DNA of 64,000 bases from Tubulanus polymorphus. Its lineage: Eukaryota; Animalia; Nemertea. Positions 35,384 through 49,700 of the stretch are shown here, piece after piece. Both the position numbers and the translations under genes were made by a program. The first letter of the stretch is position 1. Each line of letters starts with the position of its first letter. The stretch lies in NCBI RefSeq assembly GCF_964204645.1, contig NC_134028.1, forward strand, positions 3,162,001 through 3,226,000, written 5' to 3'. The notes below the pieces were generated by a model, which saw only the letters and a list, made by a program, of their open reading frames with translations, did not search any database and was not told the origin of the DNA.

Positions 35384-38104
35384 CTAAAGCATTACCGCAT
35401 CGCTTATTTCAATACTAACATCAGCGACAGTCACTTCAGTTGGATTATCTTCGTTGCTCGTATCCGACGCTAAATTGTCGACGCCGCCTTCATCGTTTCT
35501 ACCCGATCGAGCTGCGTTTTCCTCATCGGTCAGTAGAGGGCGTTCTCCGTTGATATCGCGCCACGATTCGGCGAGCACGCTATCGAAGCATTCGACGGCG
35601 TCGCGCTCGGCCGTTCCGAAATACTGTTCACCGCTCGAAGCCGGTATCGTATGAACCGAAGCGACCGTGCTATTCGGCGTATCGATCGCCTGCGATGATG
35701 ACGATGATTCCGGCTGATTCTGTTGTCGGGATAATCCGCCGCGGTTCGGTTGCGATGCAGCGCGCCGAGAAACGTCCGATTCAGTTCCGGTCGTTTGAAC
35801 GAAAAGCGAAGTATCAACGGTGACGGTCGGCTGAAGACTGATCGGTCCGTGACCTCCGCAGACGGCTTCATTCGTCTGCACGATCACCGACGGCCGGTGT
35901 AACGTTCCCGTGTTACTGATATGCGATCGATAAGTCGGAGGTCGAGAGTTCGGGTAATCACCGGTGAGTTGAGGGAATGTGATATGTAAACCGGGCCTCA
36001 TCGTTCCGGCTCGTGACCGGTACGTCGGCGGTGGAGAACTCGGTAGACTGTCAGCGGGGATCGCGTTATTTTCGAGTCGAGCTTGTAGTTGACGTTCGTA
36101 CTGTTGCATAGATACTGTATACGACGGCGGGGGTTGTCTGTGAGCACATTCAGGATAAAGCATACCTGAAAATATGATAGCTAACACATTTAATCAATTG
36201 TAATTGGAATTTCTCATTTCAAGGTTTTACCATTAATAAGATACAGATAATCCTACAATAATAACGGAAAATAATATAAAGACCTCAGAATTTTTTCCTT
36301 GAGCTATTAGCTTATGTTAAACTGCTATTAGTTTATAACTACTAGCTCAAGGAAACATTATCAGACTTTATACTATTTTTCGCTATTATCACTTTATATT
36401 TCCAGACTTATGAATGGTTTGAATTAATTCGCCCATAAAAGGCTTAACTCGTTCTCTCTTCAGCCTGAATTTACCCTAGAAGCTTAACAGATACTTAAAT
36501 AGATCATGAATTAGAAATTTCACCGTAACTAAATACAAGTGTAGCTACATGTAAGAATATGCACTATAATATATACTACTTTCTAGTTCAAGATTCTCAT
36601 GTTAAGTAAATAAAGGAACAAATCAAATAATAATTTACGCATGAGAATTGCACGTGTACGGAGACATAGTTCAGGAAGGAACTTACCACCGTGCCATTGT
36701 GGAATATTGGTATCCTGTCTACTACGATGGCGAGATGATGATGATGATGAGGAGGAAGGTTGATGAGACGACATGGAATAACTGCCGAGTCCGAAGAGTA
36801 GATGACAGGGTTCGTGTCCGGCCGGGGTACAGCGCCACGCGACGATCACCACTATTACTAACATTACACCCAAACCTGCAATTAATGAATCTATTAGAAA
36901 CATTCATATTAATTATCTAAGCAATATTGATCTTAAAACAAATTCTAGCTCCAGTTCTATGGATGAGACTATAGTTGAGGCTAAGCTGAATTCAAGTACC
37001 AATAGTCGAACATTGCGTGCACTGAGACTGGAACTGTGGACCGACTGAACCACTAAATCATGGAGTCACATTGAGCAGGGTGGACATATTCTCCCACCAT
37101 TTGCAGGTGAACGCAGAAACTTTTAGGTTAGAAATCAATTCATTTTTCATGAATCCCATATTGATTAAGTCTGAAGCGAAGCTAAGTAAGATTTAAAGAA
37201 AAACGTGGCCAATAGCATATCTGAGAAATGAATAATCAAGAATGAATATAGATGACTTACCGATGAACATGAGAGACAGACTTAGGTAACTAGAACCAGT
37301 CATATGAAGAGCACCGAGGATAATTCCTGTTACGATACAACACAATCCGAGCACAGATAGTAAAACTAAAACCCATTTAAAATACGTCATAGTCGTAATA
37401 CACGCTAGACAGCTATTACACTTGCATTGCGCGGCGTTTTCATCGACGACGGTCGACGAACGACGACGCCGATTCCTCCGTACGAATCGACCCTCCGGCA
37501 TTCGTATCGAGATTCCTGCGCCGCGATCGCGTCTCGATTGTCGTGCGGAACGCGCGCACGATAGCGATTCGTACGCAGGTGGAAGATGCGAGTTGAGAAT
37601 GTCCGGTAAATGTTGTTGCTGCTGCGATGACGATGTCGATTCCCCGTTTCGCGGTATATATCGTCCGGGATTCAGATTCGATGTTTCGACGCGAAGGTGG
37701 TTTTCGTGACTAGTCGCCGGATCATCCGTTCCACTGGTACCGCTCCTCGGTTGCGTCATATTTACAGCGCCCCCTGTAGGATTAGCAGCGCTCGGACCTT
37801 GCATATCTTCGGTGACGAACACTCTAACGATACCATCGCTATCGCTACTAATACTCGCGACGCTCGATTCGGAGCGCTCCGTATCCGAGCGAATTCGTTG
37901 AGCGGTTCCCGATTCGGATGCGACAGTAATGCCCCCTAGTGACGATTTCAAGGTCTCTGCCGCCGACGTCGTCCCGGCGGTTGACACTTCCGAGAACATA
38001 CGTTCCGTATTTATCGCAGTAGAATAACTCACTAGTACATCGGGTTGTCTTGACGCTATATTAACACCGCTGTGTAGCGTTAAAGTCCTGCTGGTGAGAG
38101 CCAT
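35384..38104 (-). CDS. Two-TM (hairpin) membrane protein with several PY motifs and long disordered tails (exons 38104-37261, 36875-36687, 36165-35384)
   Basis: Three ORF blocks joined by phase-1 GT-AG introns. TM segments WVLVLLSVLGLCCIVTGIILG and LSLSLMFIGLGVMLVIVVIVAW. Motifs PPAY, PPSY and PPTY (twice). Confidence 0.85.
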
Positions 38105-41100
38105 TGTCGTATAATACCACCATAACGATCACGTGCAATCATAAGTTGAATGTCTGTTTTTCGTGTTGCAAATGGCTAGGTTTATAAGTAAACAAGTCCT
38201 CGGGGCGGTCGTCACTGCGCTATGGCTTCTCTGCAAATATAACAACAATACGTGTTTTAGAAATTAAACGGGTCAATCGGCTTTGAATCATAGCGGATTT
38301 ATTCGAACGAATCTGAAACGTAAACACGCGATTTTACACGGATCAAAAACCTTCACAAATACGTTGTTCGGTTCCTCATCTAAACAAAAGTTCCGGAAAC
38401 ATAATATCGAAGTAAATTTCCTAGAATTCTATTCAATGCATTCACTAAAATTATAAAGAAAACTTCTCGTGTCTACCGGTATAAATCTTTGTAAAAAAAA
38501 AAACCTGTAAAAGGATCTCAGTTCAAAGACCCTGCACAAAAAACTACGTCATGAATGTTTTAGTTTTCAAAAGTTTGTCATTTAACCGGTACCTAATGTC
38601 TGACAAACATCGATCATCCTTGACATTTGTTAGAATTTGTTTTCGATATCTCAAATTGAATTAAGAAATCTGAGGTTTGCGCCTCAAATTCCGCAAGCTT
38701 ATTTCAGAAAATCTCATTGAGATTGGCAATGGCCACAACAGAAAAGGGAATACCAGCGCAATAGTCTATTTCAAATGAAATCTGTAGAAATCACATGATA
38801 CATCTATTGATACATAAAAAAACACTTTTGATGAAAAATAGAATTTCCAATTACCCCATATCATTAGGAATTATTCAATATAACTATTGATCTATGAACC
38901 TCTGGATGGGTTCAGGATATTTGACTTTTCCAAGGGCTCAAACTGCGTACAGAACCTACCAGCGTAGAAATTGAAAAAGTTTCTTAACTCCAAGTTAATC
39001 GTAGCTTATACCTTTGATGCAGAATGAATAAAATGTCAGCAGTGTCTGATAGAAATCTATTATAAAAACATTTCAAACACTGAGTTAATTGTTCAAATGA
39101 ATAAAGAATTTACAATAACAATACACAAAGTGTTTATTTACACAGTGTATTTCAATCAGGTCAGTTATTCATTACTAATGAGATAAATATTACAGCTAAA
39201 ATCACACACTCAGATCTTGGTTTCTATAGACATTGAGACATTCTGTCACAGACAAGCAATACATATATTGCAAATTCAAATTTAAACTGTCTTAAAATGA
39301 CTTGCACAATATAACGCGGATACCCTGTCACTACTAATCGGCCAGGTCACTTTTGTAAACTGCAATAAAATTTGAAATCGGTTCATTTCTATAGCTGCCA
39401 GGTCTGTTATGGTTCGCCTGAATTATCCTGATTTTAAAGAATAATTCGTTAAAGCTTAATTAGATTGTTTAAGCCTAATTCTTAAAAGATAATTTCATTG
39501 ACTTACTAGCTGAATGTCTGTCATTGCTTTTTTTTTCAAAATTAGAGATTACCAAACATGAGAAAAGATAGATAGACGTGTCAGAAGAGAGAAAGTTCAT
39601 ACTCTAGGCCTATTGAAATGAATTGAAAACCTACTTGTTCGGAACAACGGCGGATCCTGTTCGAGTTATTTCAAAGTCGATGGAAGAGCACGAAATCTGT
39701 GATCTTACGAGCATTGAGGCCCACACTTAACTGAGTTGACTCACAGGATGTATCTGTGTTTAATTTATAGACACAGATTAAACTATTATTCATTCATTCA
39801 TTCATACACACACAGTCGTGTATTATATTGTAATCATGACTGATCAGACAAAAGAAAATATGATGGTGGCTCCGCTGCACTTGTCAATGCATCCTGTACA
39901 ATACCCTAGATTCTATTACACAGTTTAATAAGCTCTTCCCGAGGAGATCATATAACGTTGTTTTATTAGCAATAAAGTTGCCCTATATTTCATCGCAATC
40001 GTTCAAAGCACATTTCAAGTACAATTTCAGCCCTCATTCTCGAAACAATACCAACATCAATCGACAATTTCATTGCACGTAATTTCACGAGAAATTTTAC
40101 ATAATTGCCCAAAACATAATATGTACATATTATGCATATTCAGACGTTTACTTCCTGATAAGGTTTGTTGGAATTACTGAAAAAAGTCTTTCATAGAAAT
40201 TCACAAGCCTCATGCGAATGTTGAATAAAATTGTATTTTTCAATGTCTCTGAACGCGCGAATTGTAGCCACAGCCGACCGAGACAGTGTCAATCGATATA
40301 GAATAGACTTAGATGTTTTTGAATTAATATTTGAATAGCTTTACCCTTTTTGAAGCTGACAAGTTAAATTGCAAAACGTCTGTATGCCGATAGTTGAAGT
40401 ATAGCCGGTATAAAACAAATAGAGTTCCTATCGAAGCTCTAACAGTGCAACAGTGCAGTACAGTGGAGTGTACACTGAAACACTGCACTGTAAAACCAAA
40501 CATGAATAAATTATGACACAAATTGCAAAAACCCAGCAGATGCAATCTCGTTATTAAATTAGTCCAAAATTCGGATTGATTAAGTATTCAGTATAATTTT
40601 GGAACGTTTAAGAGATTCATCGTAAATACAGAGGCTATTTTTGTGAAATTAGGGTTAATCGAAATCTTGACAAGAAAAAAATTCCCAATAATCTTAAATA
40701 GAACAATATATTAAACACGCGAGACTTACCTGAAACTTTGTGAACTGATAAAAACAAGTGGATCCTCTAAAATAACCCAGACTTGTTAATTATAAACAAG
40801 TGTAGTCAGCTAGACCTGCTGGGATTGTGTTAACTGTACACAGTGTAGTAGTACTCATATAACTGAACTATCCACCGTTTGACACATGCTTGCTATTCAC
40901 TACATGGGTAATTATTACACAATGTGCAATAAATAATCACAGGGAGAGACAAATTATTGTTCTCTTAAGAGTGATCCTTTGTTTGCCTCATCAGCCAGAA
41001 GTGTGCCTCCCACAAGACCACATCCACCCATTTATAACAAATTCGAGGATGTCTTTCCCTGGCAGGTTGAATTGTTCCGATGTTGGTATAAAATCCGACA

Positions 41101-42637
41101 AATCAACAATAGCATTCAGAAGGGATTCGAGCTTCCAAAGAATATTTCCAGAGGCAATAAAGTTAAGAAGGAAATGGTGGATTTAAACCCAAATCTCGGA
41201 ATGACCAGCTGGCCTCCCTCAATCTATTGTGGTGAAATTACCTTTGCACTTGTCAGAAATCCATTGTATCTAGTAATGATGACATACTGTGAATGAAGAT
41301 GTGGCAGATGTCAGGAATTCCAGTTTTACACATAAATACATCTGTAAAGTAGGGATAGACTCAATCCGGCTATGGACCAGTTTACAATCCAGCCCGGCAT
41401 GACCTACAAATAATGTAAAACATTTAGATCATTTTCCAAGGTATGATTGACATACATTGAATAAGTAAATGGCTAAAGAAGACAGCAGTTTATTTACTAA
41501 GATGCCTTTCTTTCCTCATGGATGGCACTTAGTATCAATTACACACAGCCAAGGACTATAGTTCTATATCACACGGTGTCATCAGGCAATATACCTGTGC
41601 AATCAATCAAGATCCTATTTGCAATTCTGGGCACACCAGCCAACTTCAGCCTGAACTGCAGTCGCAGCATAACTAACTCTAAAATTCATCTCTGCCGGGT
41701 CGAGCGAGGAATTACAATTTTTACTAAATCTAGGTTAAAGTTAAATAAATACGCCTAATCACGAACCACCATTTCGATTTCAAACAGGGGAGTGGGTGTC
41801 GTTTACGAAGATGAAATTAGAAATACCATGCATGCGATGCGGAATAAAATTCAATTCAATCAATACACAAAAGTAAATGCGGCGTCAGTTTTAATACCTT
41901 TTTCATCAGTATTCGATGGCTGTCATCAAGGTGTAGCTTCTACACAAAACCACAGTCGTTTTAACAATCGGCGAATAATGGCAGCATCCTAAAAACTGAA
42001 AAGTTTCACGAGCATTCGGCGTTCAGTGGACCGTGACAAAACTCCTGTCAAACCGGGATACAGTACTAGACCGTACACTGCAAATACCGCTGTGAGCTGC
42101 ATCGATTCGAACCCTGATATTATACAGCGCGACACTGTACGCACGCTAATACATAAAAAATCCCTAGTTATCCGGGTCCACAGGGGCCTGACACAAACAA
42201 AGGTTTTAACTGCTGCAGTAACTGATCCATGTGGATCCAGTAAGAAAATAATCAAATTCATGGTACCAAACTGCTAGGGTTTCGTCAAAAAAATGTATCT
42301 AATAATTTTCGAGTAATCATTCAATCAATCATTGTTAACCAATTTGTCAAATTCAATTAAATGTTTTTAGTAAAAGTTATGAAAATTCCAATTACTAATC
42401 AAAAGTACTTATGAATGAGTTAAAAACCATTTTACTAATCATGAGTATAAAATTACTAAAATTAACGATTAACAACAATCGTGTTGATTTTAATTACTAA
42501 TTCAACGCGTTAACTGAATAACCAATAGAGAAGGGAGTCTCTGTCTTTCCCCAAACCGGGAAGACTATCAACGAAATGAGAAACAACGAGGAGGATAACC
42601 ACAGGCTCGAAGGAGCCTACCACAGATCCTTCACAAT

Positions 42638-42699
<62 letters not shown>
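42638..42699. repeat. (TGA)n microsatellite
   Basis: About 20 perfect trinucleotide units. Confidence 0.97.
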
Positions 42700-42701
<2 letters not shown>

Positions 42702-43051
42702 CGAACTTCTTGGTTTGCTATATCTGATAAATTCAAAGACCATAATGAAAGAAGGCATTGAAAATTAATACGTTATTTATTTTATTTACGTATACAAAAA
42801 TTTACAGAATCCTGTTCGTTAATACGGAATAATTCATATATAATCAAGCCAGCTTTTCCTGGGAGAATGATACAGATTAATCATCAATCAAGAACGTTTC
42901 TACAAAATGTCCATTGTAGCCTACACTTAAAATACAAGTTACTGAGTTATATTTCGCTGCTTAAGTTTTTTTTAATGACTAGACAGCACACATTTGCTCA
43001 ATAATCACCATGTCGTTTCATAAATTACAACCCCATATGTCGCTTTTTTCT

Positions 43052-44007
43052 TTATCTTTTCTCCAATTGCTTGAATTTGGCCTCTGAAAAATAGGTGACA
43101 TTAAATCATAATTAAGCAAAATGGTACAGTTTCAACAGCAGGTTCGACTTTATTTAAGCTTACCTAAACGTTTAGAATAATTGTCGAGCCTGTAAGTGGC
43201 TTGTTCTAAATTTGACACACTTTCTTCAATCTGGTCGATTTGATCCAAATATGGCTGCAAATTCCGATCTGAAAATAAAAGCAATTGATCAAGATCGAGA
43301 CTATATAAAAACAAGAGATATTTTAAGTGTAATACAAAAAATTGTAACATTGTTCCGAATTATTAGTGGAATGTAAATCCAAAATCAACAAGCCTATTTC
43401 GGGATTTATTTGTGCTGTATCTAATGAAACTTACATTTTTCATTAATATCAGTCATTCCGTGGTTGATGTTACCAGCTATCTGTTTCATTTCAGCATATT
43501 TCCCGATAGTAATACGATTCATTTGTTCTAATAATTTGTAATCTTCGGCTGTCGCTGTTGAGAGAAAACAAGGCTCTCGATGATTATGAGTTTGTATTCA
43601 ATGCTTTAAGACATTGTTTAAACATAACCCCTACACCTACCAGCTAAATCTCCTCTCATGTATTCAGCTGCTTTCTCGAACGCATCTCTACACAGAATCT
43701 TCAAATCAAGAGGCACACTGCCATCTCGTTTTTCAGCTTCAACATTTATAGTCGGTGGTCCTGCTGCTGCTGCTGCTGCTAAAAAATCAAAAGGATAAGC
43801 AACTGATGATATATGAGTATTATTATGACTGACAAACAAATTCTGTCAAAAAAATCAACAAGACGCCGAGAACGGACTGCTCACAGTGCTGGGACTGGGG
43901 CCGGGCGGACTACGTACTAACTCCTGCTCAAAAGAAACATTTACAATTGTTTTTTAATATACAATACTGAATATTGTATAAATCTCACCATCCTTCTGTA
44001 AATCCAT
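43052..44007 (-). CDS. BLOC1S2: BLOC-1 subunit 2 (exons 44007-43989, 43778-43641, 43554-43435, 43268-43164, 43083-43052)
   Basis: Spliced translation contains [55 protein letters not shown]. Confidence 0.93.
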
Positions 44008-44440
44008 GATTGTTTTTGTTGATAAGATGAAAGTTTGAATAAATACCCAATTCAATTCAAATTTTACTTCCTGATTAGTGTTCGGCGCATCCGTATTTAA
44101 GCCGGTGGCAGCACTTTCCGGTGTAATACTCGCTTGCCAGGGTTTAATTGCCTAATGTCAAACCGCTAATATCTCACCGCATGATAGCACCTTCGTTATT
44201 AAACATAAGCTTCACTAATATGCCAGTTTAATATGGACGAAATCCTTCCCAAAAAGTATATTTTTGGAAGTAATTTGAGAAAATTTGTTTTTCAGCGTAT
44301 TTTTTATTGAATTGAATTGGTTAGATATTTCACAACATGATGCATTTTTCTGTGAACATAGTACATTTTGCTTTGTCATTCTAACGTGAACGTGAACGTG
44401 AACGATATACAACATCCAACTCAAGCAATTTCTTTTTTGA

Positions 44441-45505
44441 ATGATGGCTTGTTATTTTGATGAACATAATTGTCAACCACTTAAAGATGGAGAACAGCCG
44501 AACCATTTACTTCATTTAGCCAGGTAATGACAATTGATCGTAATCCTCCGTAAATTAATTCAAATTACCAAAGTACCGACCAGTCTTGTTCTGTTTGTTT
44601 GCTGAATGACAGTTGATTGATGAGTTGTGTAGTGTGAACTGTAGGCCTACGTACCAGTCAGTGGGATCACACCTTTTTGACAGCTACACTTTCCCTGTCT
44701 ATGAAAGGCAGACAGATTGTCCTATCTGATTACTCTTCATAGAGAATGTTTTTAATGTGTAGGCCTAATTTTACGTTTCTTCCTTATGAAAAATTCTTTC
44801 CTTTTCAGGCTTTTACTTGACAGTGGACTTATATTTGAGGAAGAATTTGCCAGGTAGGCCCTAGGTTCCCATGCCTCATATTAACAAATTTTGTTCGTGG
44901 GATATTTGATCTTCTTTTCTCACAAATTGTATTATTTCAATATTCCTCGTTCAGAGAGAAACCTCCACCTCCGGCATCGAAGAAAGTTGTTGAAGAGCTA
45001 CCAGTTAAATTAGTGACCCCCTCTCAAGCAGGTTTGTTGGTTGATATACCAGTTTATTCTTTGAGGTTATCTTAAAACTACAAATATTGCTGTATCTACA
45101 TTATAGAAGCTAAACTGAGCTGTCCGATCTGTCTCTTGGAATTTGACGAGGAAGACGAGACTAGAGAAATGCCATGCAATCACAGATTCCATCCTAGATG
45201 TATTCTACCATGGTTAGGAAAGGTAACTAGGTTTTACTGTTGTTGAATGCATTTTTATGAAGATGTCCGTATTAGTCTAACTGTTGCACTATTTCAGACG
45301 AACACGTGTCCAGTTTGTCGTCATGAATTACCCACTGATGATGCCGAGTATGAGCAATATCGAAAATACAAGGTTTGTTAACTTAAAAAAAACTCCCTTT
45401 TTCAATCTGTTTAACATTATTCACTAACGTCGTTCCATTTTTTAGGCTGGACAGAAACAAAGGGAACACGATCTTCAAACTCTTCACAGCTCAATGTTTG
45501 GTTGA
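44441..45505 (+). CDS. RNF181: RING-H2 E3 ligase RNF181 (exons 44441-44523, 44809-44853, 44955-45031, 45107-45222, 45298-45372, 45446-45505)
   Basis: [35 protein letters not shown]...[40 protein letters not shown]. Confidence 0.93.
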
Positions 45506-46418
45506 ATTAAATAAAAAACTTTCACAAAATAAATTATTCATCTATCATACCAAACATCAAGATTTGATTTTCTTACTGATCAATTAAAGTTCTGTTCCGC
45601 ATTGTTAATCAGGTTTGAGGCAACCAATCCATTCCGTCCTAGTTATGGATGTATTAAAATGTGGGCTGGGAAGTATTGTCAATTCCTGTAACAAGTTTCT
45701 CTATCTTAGACATAGAGGATGATGGATGCTAAGCAAGCCCCAAACTGAGAGTTCAAAGAGCAACTAGTTTCACCTTCTCTTGTTGAATTGGCACCCGATA
45801 TGCACAGCAGTTCCTACACTTTCATCATGGCACTTTCCCTCATTGGTATGCCTGAATCCATTCCACAAGAAATCAGACCCATGGTAGTCTGTTTAAAGAT
45901 CCTATCTTGCCTATCCAAGAATAAGAAACTACAATATCATCTATATATACAAATTTGTTACATTTATTACACCATAAAACTGACATGTATAAAAATATTT
46001 ACAGGATCATTCAACGTTACTAATAGGATTGAATCGATTGTGAAATAATGCAATTGAGATTTCAGCGACAGTTCATTGCACATTACTCTCCTATGAAGTT
46101 GTTTTCATACAATAAATAAGTTGATGAACCTGTTCGAATATTTTGACGTCTCTCTCATGATATACACCGGACAGTCTCGTGAATAGACAGCAAATCCGTG
46201 AAGCGATAAAATATGTATACAGTAGTTTGTGCACGAAACAATAAAAGTACATTTTTTTTCTAAATAAAATATGTACAAATGCGGCCATATATAACGGGGT
46301 AGGTACGGTAGCAGTGCTGATATACTCAAACTCCCCTCAAACTTCAGTATCATGATCCTGAAATAAATATAGATATATACCAACAATCAATGAATGTTTA
46401 AACTTTTCCTCAAAACTG

Positions 46419-46671
46419 CATTCTCACTCAGCAGGGATTCAAACTTGACCACGGCACATAACCCTGGTTGAATAGCTTCAGTGCGCAGGTATATGCGTTG
46501 GTAAACCGCCCAAAAACATCCCTCGTATAATCCCTGGTGAAAGTTTCATGGATAACTATAAAATGGAATAACGACAGGGTTTCTGGTTGGCTAATAATGA
46601 CATCATCTAAGAGATGCATTTACCTGCATACTTGGTAGGGTTATCATTCAAATCCCTTCCGAGGGAGGATG
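46419..46671. mobile_element. Mutator-like MITE, degenerate copy, 9-bp TSD TCAAAACTG
   Basis: TSD at 46410-46418 and 46672-46680. TIRs are homologous to 59463-59801. Confidence 0.75.
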
Positions 46672-46771
46672 TCAAAACTGGGGGCTTGCCTCAAAAAACA
46701 CAAGATTCAATATCATATGAATTTTAACTCACCGACAATGATTTATAGATGTTGAAACCTGCAGCAGTTGC

Positions 46772-49700
46772 TCATTGACGACTGTATGGATGATATTGGC
46801 TTGATGAAGCGTTGGTGTTATTCGCAGCACTGCTAGCACTGGCAACTTGTTGGTTACCACCGCCGCGACGAGGAGCTTTACCGTAATTACTCTGCTGCTG
46901 ACCACCTGCATAAAACCATTATAAACATTAAACTCAGGTTCTAATTCGGTAACAAAAAGATCCTGCTTCAAACTGTACCCATTAGGCATAGTCTAATGTA
47001 CAACTCCTTAAGTATCTTATTGCCTATATCTCAAAATTAGTTAATGACATTTAGCTCGAATAAAAGGAGTTTCAAGCATCTTTGAAAGTATTTTCTGCTT
47101 AAGGAATCACGGAGTCGTAGGGACCCTGATGACGCAACAGCGTCAAAATTAGTTCATTATAAATCAAAGCTTAGAACTCTAACAAACTAACCTTGATTGT
47201 TGTAATTGTACCAGTCACTGTAGTTATAACCTGAATAAGAAACATATGTATTGTGAACTAATGCCAACTCTATCAAATAATAATTGTTCTATTTAAGAAT
47301 CAGGCAGGGCACTTATATTTCAGTTGATCTGTCAAAATCCAATGAATTAACAGTCAAATATGTAAGACAAAAGAAAGAAACGATTTTACTTCCAATATAA
47401 CAATCTCAACTAACTTTCCTGATTCTACTAATTTCTACCCTGATTTCTAGCTTTTTTCTTTTTACAAAATTCACCAAATTTTGACTGATTTCCAGGTTGG
47501 TGGCCACCTTGTACAGAATATAACATCGTAACATACCTTGATAGTAGCCGCTCTGGTCAGCTCCGTATCCACCATACCCGTATGACGGATCGTAATAGCC
47601 CTGGTTGTTATACTGGTGGCCGTAGTCCCCATAACCGCTGTAGTCGTAATATTGGGGGTGGTAATCGTAACCGCCATAGCCACCACCGTAACCCTGATGA
47701 TTATAACCCTGGTGATCGTAGTAACCTTGATTGTAATAACCGCCACCTGTTAGGATACAAAAAAATAACATAACCACTTTTGTCAAGGAGCCAGCAAAAA
47801 TTTCAGTTAAAGATTATATACAGAATTGAACTACACGCACAATGTGGCTAAGTCACGTGTATCTCCCCGGGAAATTCAAGACTGGTAACGAACATATTGC
47901 GACAGAGTTCATTTATTGTTCACTGACTTAGTAAGAATTATACGTTAAAGTCATGTTGATACTCTCACAACAAGTTTCAAGATACTAAATACAATAAATC
48001 AGCTGTCAGAGGTATCAAAACTTATCATGCCTATAATCAAATTATATACAAATGAATTTCTAAGTAAAGTATTTAGCTGGTGTTAATCCAAATCACAAAG
48101 GATTTCATTCAGGGGGGGGGGGGGGGGGGCAATTGTCCTAGAATCGATAGGAGCCAATGTTTCGTATTAAAGATGAATATTTGAAACTATTGGACGGTAA
48201 GACAATACGAACCTCCACGGCCGCGACCACGTCCTCGACCACCATAATCACCACGATAACCTCCACGTCCTCTGCCGCGTCGATTAGGATCCGGAGCAGG
48301 CGTCGCCTCGCGTACGTCCACCTGAAAACGACAAACATCAACCGACTATTAATCACGCACGCCGATGATGAACAGGTCGCGATTTCCAATATTACTGTAA
48401 CTGAAATTTGAATTCTATTTTTATTAGTAATAGCTTTAATAATAATGATAATAATATGAGACGACGAGAGCGCACATAAATAAAATCATATTCTTAAATA
48501 TATTTGCTCTCTCGATTAATAACGTGAACAATAACTCAAATGAGCAAAAACAAGTTACATTTACCATCATCATAATCATCACACAACGAACCGCGTATAT
48601 TGATTGACACATAAACATTATTCAGCGAAATGCATTTAATTAAACGGACGCCAAAATTGAAAAACGATAGACAATACTCGAATATCGATTCTTCTCTCTT
48701 ATATTACGTCTATTTACGAGCTATATCTAAAACTTAAATTAAGAATCCGCCCGTATGAAGGGCTATATGGTTTTTAGAATTTTTTTTTTTTCGTTTATTT
48801 TCTCGTATTTTTTTTGTTTTGTTTAGAAACCTCGCCGGGGGGTTGCTCGTGCTGTCTTTAAGTTGTGTGTCTATACCTCAATACAAGCATCCATCTCATC
48901 TAACGAGCAGCAGCTGCAAACATGAGAACAAAATCGCATATCATTCATCAAACCACAGACTGTGTGACACGTTCTTAGCCCTTTTTTTGCACGGCACTGA
49001 CCCTGTTTTTGCAACTTACTTAATCATTCGTTACCTTTATATTACATTTACTCGTTTTTTAATGATGCAATACTAGATAAATCGCAAAGACTGCATTTGA
49101 CACATTTACAACAAGCGAATCGCAGTTGCCGGATTAGAAAAAATAATTCAACTTCACTGAAATATTGATGATATTGATTTTGATAATGCTCATGTAGGAT
49201 TTAGAATGACATTTGAAGTAAAACCACGAAAAATTTACTTTATTTCCGACCACAGCCACCAGTTTTGAAATCTATCAAATGATTTAACCCGATGAAGCAA
49301 ATCAATATCCAAAATGTGTCAAAATATCAAAGAGAAACGCTCACAAATATGCGTTGACCAAAATAATCGGGAAACTGCGATTCATTTCATTGAAATGGAA
49401 TAACTTTAAATAAACATGACTGAAGAAGGACGATTATCTAAGCAGGCATTCTCGCATATTTAAAACCTGCAATAAGAAGTTGTACTCTAGAAAAACTCTG
49501 CAATGAATCAGAAGTAAATTAATTATTTTTTTATTACGCTTTAACTCGTGTCTTTAGTATGAGTTATCAAGTATGACACGACGTGTGAAGAAAACGTACC
49601 TCTTTTTCGCCGATAACGTGAGTCTCGGGATGAGCCAGCGCTTTCTTCGCTTCCTCCATCTTATCGAACATCACGAAAACGTACGACTGTTTTTGATCGG

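Noticed and set aside
40890-41296. Overlapping ~100-aa ORFs upstream of the two-TM gene
   Set aside because: Non-ATG starts, no recognisable motif and no consistent exon chain.
42510-42761. Poly-Ile and poly-Asp ORFs
   Set aside because: They are translations of the (TGA)n microsatellite.
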